DNA of 64,000 bases from an uncultured Gammaproteobacteria bacterium. GTDB taxonomy: Bacteria > Patescibacteriota > Patescibacteriia > DYHP01. How positions within the stretch are numbered: the first letter of the stretch is position 1; each line of letters opens with the position of its first letter. Shown piece by piece: positions 57,674 through 64,000 of the stretch. The notes under the pieces are model-generated. The model searched no databases, had not been told where the DNA came from, and was given only the letters and a program-made list of their open reading frames with translations. The stretch spans positions 40,654-104,653 of the forward strand of contig CAZGDX010000001.1 in NCBI GenBank assembly GCA_964525225.1. Reading direction: 5' to 3'. The position numbers and the translations under genes were made by a program.

Positions 57674-58372
57674 ATGTACCGAGAAAACGATGCCCATCTT
57701 GTTAGCGCAATTCAATTTGCCGAAGGATGTCGCGAGCTTGGAAAGAGATTTGAATTTACGAATGAAGAATAGGCGCAAGCATTTAATACGGTTTTTGGGA
57801 CTCGTATTAAGGTATCGTCCGTGGGTGTTCAGGATATTTTTGCCGATTGGCAGAAATTTTATAAAGATGTTTTCAACATTGATGTTAACTTGTCAAGCAT
57901 TCAAGTTCCCGCGCATCAGCAAGATTTTGACCGCGTTCTCATCATCGCCCAAGGCCTTACCCTAAACCAAGCATTTCAAGTTTGCATTAATAATTTTTCC
58001 TCGTGGAAATATGCCGACGATTTGGATAAAGCCATCACGAAAAACGACAGAAACCCAACCGTCGCCTACGCCGTTCGTTTCCGTGACAGGGTGGAAGCCG
58101 ATGAAGAACTAAAGAATCTTTCTGCTAATGATCTTGCCAGACAAGGCGTCAAAGGTATTACCCTGCTTGAACGGCTCATCTATGAGCTCAAGTATTGGAA
58201 AGAAACCAGCATGCATCTTGATATTGTCAATTGGACTCTTTGTACGGGTTCGCGCTATGCCGACGGCTGTGTTCCGGGCGTCAGTTGGCGCGATGTCAGG
58301 TTGTGCGTCAATTGGGACTTTTCTGCTTACTCTCGCGGCCTTTTGCGAGCTCGTTCCGCAGTTACCCTTTAA
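57674..58372 (+). pseudogene. GC-rich hypothetical gene interrupted by an in-frame TAG (57770-57772); the ORF continues in the same frame from a GTG at 57821
   Basis: Promoter TTGACA-17-TAATAT at 57574 and an AAGAGGAG RBS serve the 32-codon N-terminal ORF. The 184-codon continuation lacks its own SD. GC is about 48%. Confidence 0.45.
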
Positions 58373-58498
58373 TCTTTTATCTTTAACCCTTCGTACCGTT
58401 CTGCCGTATTGGCACGAACGGTATTTTTTATATAATGTGTTCGACTTGCTAAAAGATAAAAATTATTGTTAAGATAATTCTGAAATCGGAAATTATCT

Positions 58499-59230
58499 AT
58501 GTCCACCATCAGAACCTCCGGCATCGTGCTTCAAAAAAAAGAAATACGGGAAAATGACCGGCTGTACGTTGTATATACAAATGATTTGGGTAAAATTGAA
58601 GCGGTTGCCCGGGGAAGCAGAAAGATTTTAAGTAAATTGGCGCCACATTTGGAACCGCCAATTTTTTCTGACTTGATGATTGCCAAGGGAAAACAGTTGG
58701 ATAAAATCGCCGGCGCGGATACGATAAAAACGTATCCGAAAATCAGAGCGGATTTGGCGCGAACACAAGTAGTGTTCAGTGTTTTAAATCAGCTGAATCG
58801 CCTTACCAAGTTTAATAGCCATGACCCCAAAATATGGGCGCTTCTTGTGAAATTCTTGGAAATATGTGAAAATATCGTTGATAATATTTTTATTGAAAAA
58901 AAAGAAATATTGGAAAACGCGTTTTTAATAAAGTTTCTTTCGTTTTTGGGCTATAAGCCGGAACTTAAAAAATGCGTTTTTTGCGGAAAAGAAAATTTAT
59001 CGGAAAAATGGTATTTTGATTTTTTGAAAGGCGGAATTTTTTGCGCGGAATGCCTTAATAAAAATTCCTATCCGGACAGCCGTCAAAATCCGGTTTCTGT
59101 TTTATTTTTGGAAGAAATGAATTTTCTTTTATATAAAAAATTTGATGAAATTTTGGAAAGTTCTTTAAAAAATATGTCAAAAGAAACCAAAGAAATGGTA
59201 TCGTCCTTAATTGAAAATTACAGGGTCTAA
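58499..59230 (+). CDS. recO: DNA repair protein RecO
   Basis: N-terminal OB fold and a C-terminal CxxC...CxxC zinc motif (CVFCGKE...CAEC). Confidence 0.85.
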   Translation: MSTIRTSGIVLQKKEIRENDRLYVVYTNDLGKIEAVARGSRKILSKLAPHLEPPIFSDLMIAKGKQLDKIAGADTIKTYPKIRADLARTQVVFSVLNQLNRLTKFNSHDPKIWALLVKFLEICENIVDNIFIEKKEILENAFLIKFLSFLGYKPELKKCVFCGKENLSEKWYFDFLKGGIFCAECLNKNSYPDSRQNPVSVLFLEEMNFLLYKKFDEILESSLKNMSKETKEMVSSLIENYRV

Positions 59231-59250
59231 AATCAAAAAACGGAGAAAAG

Positions 59251-59523
59251 ATGCTTGAGACGATTTTGGGTATCGCGCTGGTATTGTATATTTTAATCGG
59301 ATTTTATATGACCGCGGTGATTTCCGCGCGGTTTCAGGAAGCGACAGGAGTAAGGATTGAATGGTACTATAAAATTATAGCGGTAATTTTTGGAATTTTT
59401 TGGATTTTGACAATAGCCATAAGCTTAATAATATTGTCCATTGAGCGCATACCGCCGGAAGTGAAAAACAAAAAGAAACAATCCGAAGAAAAACAGATTG
59501 GTTTTATTTCGCGATTAAAATAA
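59251..59523 (+). CDS. small membrane protein, hypothetical
   Basis: Two TM helices. Confidence 0.4.
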   Translation: MLETILGIALVLYILIGFYMTAVISARFQEATGVRIEWYYKIIAVIFGIFWILTIAISLIILSIERIPPEVKNKKKQSEEKQIGFISRLK

Positions 59524-59540
59524 AAAAGAGAGGGAGAATA

Positions 59541-59750
59541 ATGAAGGAACAGCCAAAGCAGGAAGAGCATTACGGCGCGCGGGTCTGGGTTAATCCGACC
59601 ATTGAGTCGCTGAGACGAAAAGAATGTTTGTGCTTGAATTGTGGCAAAATTGGCGGATGCGCGAAAGCCAAAGCGCTTTATCAAATCTGTAAAGACGGAG
59701 ATTTGGCGCTCGCGGTAACCCGGTGTCCGGATTGGGAAGAGAAAGTTTGA
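59541..59750 (+). CDS. small Cys-rich (CxxC / C / C) protein, hypothetical
   Basis: AAGGAAC RBS; terminator at 59757-59790. Confidence 0.4.
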   Translation: MKEQPKQEEHYGARVWVNPTIESLRRKECLCLNCGKIGGCAKAKALYQICKDGDLALAVTRCPDWEEKV

Positions 59751-59845
59751 AATTGAGCCCCGAAATTAAGTCGGGGCTTTTATTTTTTAAGCAAAATGTT
59801 ATACTATTATAAAGATGAATGAACTCATATTGAGTTCCTATTTTA

Positions 59846-59914
59846 TGTCATTCCGAGCCACAGCGAGGAATCTCACCCCGAGGTATGAGATCCTTCACTT
59901 CGTTCAGGATGACG
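59846..59914. repeat. GTCATCC hairpin element, copy D (terminal inverted repeats tgtcattccgagc / gttcaggatgacg)
   Basis: The reverse complement reads gtcatcctgaacgaagtgaaggatctc; it ends 17 bp before the aspS start. Confidence 0.55.
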
Positions 59915-59930
59915 TTAATTGATTATTACT

Positions 59931-61316
59931 ATGAGAACTTTAGCGCGCGACACAATCAAGATGGAGGGAAAAGAAGTGCAAATATCCGGATGGGTGCATA
60001 ACCGCCGCGATATGGGAAAAATTATTTTTATTGACTTCCGCGACCGGAGCGGAATTTTGCAGCTTGTTTTTGCGCCGAGCGAACTTTCGGAGCGGGCGTA
60101 TCAAGCCGCCAAAGGTTTGCGTTCAGAATTTGTCATTAAAGTTAAAGGCAATGTAGTGGCGCGTTCGCCAAAAGCGGTGAATCCCAATTTGCCGACCGGA
60201 AAAATTGAAATTTTGGTGAAGGACTTGGAAATTTTAAACGAAGCGAAGACAACACCGTTTGAACTGGATAAAGATACTCGCGTCATCAGCGAAGATGTTC
60301 GCTTGAAATACAGATACTTGGATTTGAGGAGCGAACGAATGAGAAACAATCTGGAGCTTCGCCATAATGTAATAAAATTTTTCCGCGATTATTTTTCCGC
60401 CGAAGGATTTTTTGAAATAGAGACCCCGTTTTTGACCAAGGGGACTCCTGAAGGTTCAAGAGAGTATATCGTCCCTTCGCGTCTTCATCCGGAAAATTTT
60501 TATGTTTTGCCTCAGTCACCGCAGCAATTTAAACAGCTTTTGATGGTTGCCGGGATGGAAAAATATTTTCAGGTGGCGCGGTGTTTTCGCGACGAAGACC
60601 AGCGCGGTGATCGCCAGCCGGAATTCACCCAGCTTGACGTGGAAATGTCTTTTGTCGAAGAAGAAGATATTATTTCTTTTATGGAAAAAGCGATAGTGGA
60701 AATGGTGAAAAAAGTCGCTTCGGAAAAAAAGATTTTACAGACCCCGTTTCCGCGCGTCACTTACGCCGACGCGATAAAAAAATACAAGTCCGACAAGCCG
60801 GATATGCGCAAAAACAAAGAAGATAAAAATGAATTGGCTTTTTGCTGGGTGGTGGATTTTCCGATGTTTGAAAAAGGGGATGACGGAAAAATTAACGCGT
60901 CACACCATCCTTTTACCGCGCCAAAAGACAGAGACCTCAAAAATCTTTCCAAGACCCCGCTCAAAGTCCGCGCCAAGGCATACGATATTGTTCTAAACGG
61001 TTATGAAATCGGCGGCGGAAGCGTTAGAATCCACAATCGTGATTTGCAAAACAAAATTTTTGAAATTTTAGGGCTTAAAGAAAAAGAAATCAAAGAAAGA
61101 TTCGGGCACATTCTTGAGGCGTTTGAATACGGCGCGCCTCCGCACGGCGGAATTGCCCTCGGTTTGGACCGGCTTTTAATGATTTTGCGCGGAGAAGAAA
61201 GCATTCGCGAAGTTATTGCGTTTCCGAAAACCGGAGAAGCGGAGGATTTAATGATGGGCGCTCCTTCCGAACTTCCAAACAAACAGTTAAGGGAGGCGCA
61301 TATAAAAACTGCATAA
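59931..61316 (+). CDS. aspS: aspartyl-tRNA synthetase, compact form without GAD insertion
   Basis: LPQSPQQFKQLLMVAG and class II motifs; about 460 aa. Start set at Met MRTLARDTI; the ORF extends to 59919 with TTG. Confidence 0.9.
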   Translation: MRTLARDTIKMEGKEVQISGWVHNRRDMGKIIFIDFRDRSGILQLVFAPSELSERAYQAAKGLRSEFVIKVKGNVVARSPKAVNPNLPTGKIEILVKDLEILNEAKTTPFELDKDTRVISEDVRLKYRYLDLRSERMRNNLELRHNVIKFFRDYFSAEGFFEIETPFLTKGTPEGSREYIVPSRLHPENFYVLPQSPQQFKQLLMVAGMEKYFQVARCFRDEDQRGDRQPEFTQLDVEMSFVEEEDIISFMEKAIVEMVKKVASEKKILQTPFPRVTYADAIKKYKSDKPDMRKNKEDKNELAFCWVVDFPMFEKGDDGKINASHHPFTAPKDRDLKNLSKTPLKVRAKAYDIVLNGYEIGGGSVRIHNRDLQNKIFEILGLKEKEIKERFGHILEAFEYGAPPHGGIALGLDRLLMILRGEESIREVIAFPKTGEAEDLMMGAPSELPNKQLREAHIKTA

Positions 61317-61372
61317 TCATAAACCAAATCTCGCCCCGCTTAAAGCTATGCTACAATCGTCCAATTTTGATA

Positions 61373-61447
61373 GGGGAAGCCGAAGGCGTTTCCGAGTGAA
61401 AGACATGTGGTAAAATAATTGACGACTTCGGGCTTTAGGCGGGGTGG
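61373..61447 (+). repeat. conserved ~75-nt element copy 2, preceded by an extended -10 (TGcTACAAT at 61350-61358) and flanked by a degenerate duplicate of the aspS 3' end
   Basis: ggggaagccgaaggcgtttccgag...cttcgggctttaggcggggtg. Sequence 61447-61505 is about 75% identical to aspS 61258-61318. Confidence 0.55.
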
Positions 61448-61579
61448 GCGCTCCTTCCAAATTGCCGTCCAAACAATTAAAAGAAGCAAATATAAAATCT
61501 TTATAAAATAAAGATTGCAAGGTGGAGATTTTAAATTTTAAAAAATCTTAAATCTAAAATTTGCAATCTGAAATTATTT

Positions 61580-62140
61580 ATGGCTATTCCAAAAAAAGTT
61601 CTTGCTCATTTGGAAGCGCATGGTGTCAAATTTGACATTGTGGAACACAAAAAAGTGTTCACGGCTTATGACTTGGCCCAAACTTTGGGGCATAAGCTGG
61701 AAAAAATTGGAAAAACTCTGCTTATAAAAGCGGATATTCCGGAGATTAAGAAAAAAGGGAAAAATTATTTTGTGGTGGTGTTGCCGGCATCCTACAGAGT
61801 TGACCTTAAAAAAATTGAGAAATTTTTAAAGGCCAAAAAAGCGGAGATAGTGCCGGAAAAAATGTTTAAACAATTAGGGATAAAGCCGGGAGCGCTTGTT
61901 CCGTTTGGCCGGCTTCATAAATTTGAAGTTCTTCTTGATAAATCACTGCTAAAAGCAAAAGAAGTTCTTTTGAATGCCGGAAGTTATACCGAATCGCTCC
62001 GAATGAAAGTAAAAGATTTGCACAAGCTTGAAAACGCGGTGGTCGCGGCAATCGGGATGAAAGGGAAAAAGATAAAGGCGCGGAAAAAACCGAAAAAATC
62101 AGCGCCAAAAAAACTAAGAGGACGGGGCAAGAAAAAATAA
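61580..62140 (+). CDS. ybaK: YbaK/ProX-type aminoacyl-tRNA deacylase with Lys-rich C-terminal tail
   Basis: Fold pattern of trans-editing deacylases (FDIVEHKKVFTAYDLA...KTLLIK...). This fits the fact that ProRS lacks an editing domain. Confidence 0.65.
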   Translation: MAIPKKVLAHLEAHGVKFDIVEHKKVFTAYDLAQTLGHKLEKIGKTLLIKADIPEIKKKGKNYFVVVLPASYRVDLKKIEKFLKAKKAEIVPEKMFKQLGIKPGALVPFGRLHKFEVLLDKSLLKAKEVLLNAGSYTESLRMKVKDLHKLENAVVAAIGMKGKKIKARKKPKKSAPKKLRGRGKKK

Positions 62141-62836
62141 ATGGATTTCAAGATAGAAAAATTTGAAGGCCCATTAGACCTCCTGCTTAATCTTATTGAG
62201 CAGAAGGAACTTGATATAACGGAAGTGAATATCGCGCGCGTGGCTGATCAATTTTTACAGTATCTGAAAAAAGCGGAAATAAAAAATCCGGATGAAATCG
62301 CCGATTTTTTGGTAGTGGCGGCAAAACTTATTTTTATAAAGTCCAAATCAATTTTACCCGGTCTTGAGGATGAATTTGAAGAAGAGGGCGAGACATTGGA
62401 ACAACAATTGAAAATGTATCGCGAGTTTGTGGAGGCCTCCCGCGGAATAGACGAAATGCTTTTACAAAAGTATTTTTCTTTTAGCAGGCAGAAAATCGCG
62501 GCGCAGGAGGGCGTGTTTTTCCCGCCCAAATTTTTCACCGCGGAAAAAATGGCGAAAATTTTTGAGGAAGTCATAGCTTTCATAAAGCCGGTGCTCAAAT
62601 TACCGGAACAGGCAATTAAAAAAGCCATTTCCATTCAGGAAAAAATAAATCACATTCAGAGCATAATTAAAAAAAGGGGGAGCGTGATTTTTAGCAAAGT
62701 GCTGAAAGACGCCAAAGATAAAACGGAAAAAATTGTAAGTTTCCTGGCGCTTCTGGAACTTGTAAAACAAAAATATGTTTCCGTTGACCAAGGGAAAATT
62801 TTTGATGACATAGAGGTGGAAAATATAAAATCATAA
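62141..62836 (+). CDS. scpA: segregation and condensation protein A
   Basis: FEGPLDLLLNLIEQKELDITEVNIARVADQFL signature. Confidence 0.88.
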   Translation: MDFKIEKFEGPLDLLLNLIEQKELDITEVNIARVADQFLQYLKKAEIKNPDEIADFLVVAAKLIFIKSKSILPGLEDEFEEEGETLEQQLKMYREFVEASRGIDEMLLQKYFSFSRQKIAAQEGVFFPPKFFTAEKMAKIFEEVIAFIKPVLKLPEQAIKKAISIQEKINHIQSIIKKRGSVIFSKVLKDAKDKTEKIVSFLALLELVKQKYVSVDQGKIFDDIEVENIKS

Positions 62837-62837
62837 T

Positions 62838-63386
62838 ATGAATTTCAAAACAAAAATAGAAAGTTTGCTGTTTGTTTCCGACCGACCGCTTTCGGCGGAG
62901 GATATTTTAAAAATCTTCGGAGAAAACGCGCCCACGGCCGAAGAAATCGGAAAAAACTTGGAAGAGCTGTTTGTGGAATATAAAGAGAAGAAGAGAGGAA
63001 TAATTATTATAAAAAATTCCGGAAAATACCAAATGTCTTCATCGCCGGAAAGCGCGGATGTAGTGCAGAAATTTTTAAGCGACGAAACAACCGGCGAACT
63101 TACCCGCCCGCAATTAGAAACTTTAACCATTGTCGCTTACCGCGGGCCGATCGGAAAAACCGAGCTGGAACAAATCAGGGGCGTGAACTGTTCGTTGGTG
63201 CTCCGGAATCTTTTGATACGCGGGTTGGTTGAAGAAAGAGAACAGGACGGCGAAGCGCATTTTTTCGTGACCGCGGATTTTCTGAAGTTTTTGGGGATAA
63301 ACTCAACAGAAGAATTGCCCGATTATCAAAAATTGCGTAATAATGAGATTATAAATCAGGTAATTGAAAATGAAAATTTGTCATGA
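62838..63386 (+). CDS. scpB: segregation and condensation protein B
   Basis: Tandem winged-helix pattern (LLFVSDRPLS...LTIVAYRGPI...). Confidence 0.88.
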   Translation: MNFKTKIESLLFVSDRPLSAEDILKIFGENAPTAEEIGKNLEELFVEYKEKKRGIIIIKNSGKYQMSSSPESADVVQKFLSDETTGELTRPQLETLTIVAYRGPIGKTELEQIRGVNCSLVLRNLLIRGLVEEREQDGEAHFFVTADFLKFLGINSTEELPDYQKLRNNEIINQVIENENLS

Positions 63387-64000
63387 GAAAGATTTTGCTA
63401 TTATCGGCATTTTTTTTGTTTTTTGTTTTTGTCGCGCTGATTTTATCGGTTCCCGCGGAAGAAATTAAAAAAGCCGTAACAACACAAGAGGGCGCCGGTT
63501 TGGTTCTGGCCGAAGAAAAAAAAGCGCTGGAGCCGGCGGATATATTCAAAGACACGGAGATTTTGGAAATCGGCGGAGTTGCCCTTTCCGCTAAGGGAAT
63601 TTTAGTGATGGATGCGGAAACAGGAAGAATGATTTTTTCAAAAAATCCGGAGGAAATTTTTCCTCTTGCAAGCATAACCAAGCTGATGTCTTTGGTTATT
63701 TTTATTGAATCAAAAACCGATTTGGAAAAAATAATAACAGTAGAAGAAAATGATTATGCGGATTTACAAAGATATGTCGGTACGGAAGATGCGGTAGCTC
63801 ATGTTCCGCTTTTGGCCGGAGATGAGATAAAAGTTAAAGACGCGGTTTATTCCGGCATTGTGCATTCGGCAAATAACGCGGTAAAAATTTTCGCCCGCGC
63901 TACCGGAATGAGCGATGAAGAATTCGTCGGGAAGATGAATGAAAAGGCGCGGGAGCTCAATCTTTCAAATACTTATTTCACCGAGCCGACCGGGCTTGAT
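63383..64000 (+). CDS. dacA: D-alanyl-D-alanine carboxypeptidase (PBP5/DacA-like), 3'-truncated by window edge
   Basis: Signal peptide and the SITKLM (SxxK) active-site motif. ATGA overlap with the scpB stop. Confidence 0.8.
   Translation, partial: MRKILLLSAFFLFFVFVALILSVPAEEIKKAVTTQEGAGLVLAEEKKALEPADIFKDTEILEIGGVALSAKGILVMDAETGRMIFSKNPEEIFPLASITKLMSLVIFIESKTDLEKIITVEENDYADLQRYVGTEDAVAHVPLLAGDEIKVKDAVYSGIVHSANNAVKIFARATGMSDEEFVGKMNEKARELNLSNTYFTEPTGLD

Overview
This is an AT-rich (~40% GC), gene-dense bacterial chromosomal window. Its gene content reads as a reduced-genome, CPR/Patescibacteria-like organism; that assignment is inference only. Most of the window is core housekeeping. Translation and RNA genes include rpsA, rpmF, rpsF-ssb-rpsR, efp, prfB (with its +1 programmed frameshift), proS, argS, aspS, a YbaK-type deacylase, tsaC, ksgA, map, RNase P RNA and 8 tRNAs. 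DNA and chromosome genes include gyrA, recA, recO, ruvX, ftsK, scpAB and hup. Transcription and RNA-turnover genes include nusA, nusB, rnc and rny-ymdB. Chaperone and secretion genes include groES-groEL, yidC and pilT. There is also an envelope and glycan cluster (GtrA, an O-antigen-ligase-like gene, two GT4 glycosyltransferases, a WbaP-like sugar transferase, a DacA-like PBP and a PAP2 protein). The accessory, unexplained content is concentrated in six places. (1) Two secreted, Cys/Asp-rich repeat proteins of 768 and 225 aa, GC-rich, with C-terminal thrombospondin-type-3-like and MopE-like metal-binding motifs; the large one contains an identical 87-bp internal direct repeat. (2) Two diverged paralogs of an unrecognised protein family (one GC-rich with an N-terminal zinc ribbon), each with its own consensus promoter and each followed by the same 11-6-11 perfect palindrome (dif/operator-like). 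(3) A 5-copy family of ~85-bp palindromic intergenic elements that always abut a start codon. (4) A 4-copy family of hairpin-initiated GTCATCC elements. (5) A 2-copy ~75-nt element, one copy of which sits in a remnant duplication of the aspS 3' end. (6) A tRNA locus in which a tRNA gene is split around an intact tRNA-Val that is bracketed by inverted repeats. Other oddities are a tRNA with anticodon TAT, a non-canonical tRNA-like gene followed by a 15-bp-stem hairpin, a heptanucleotide tandem repeat inside the O-antigen-ligase-like CDS, 7-bp-phased -10-like arrays in front of Shine-Dalgarno-less starts, and a GC-rich gene interrupted by an in-frame TAG. All calls are from reading the sequence by eye; no searches were run.
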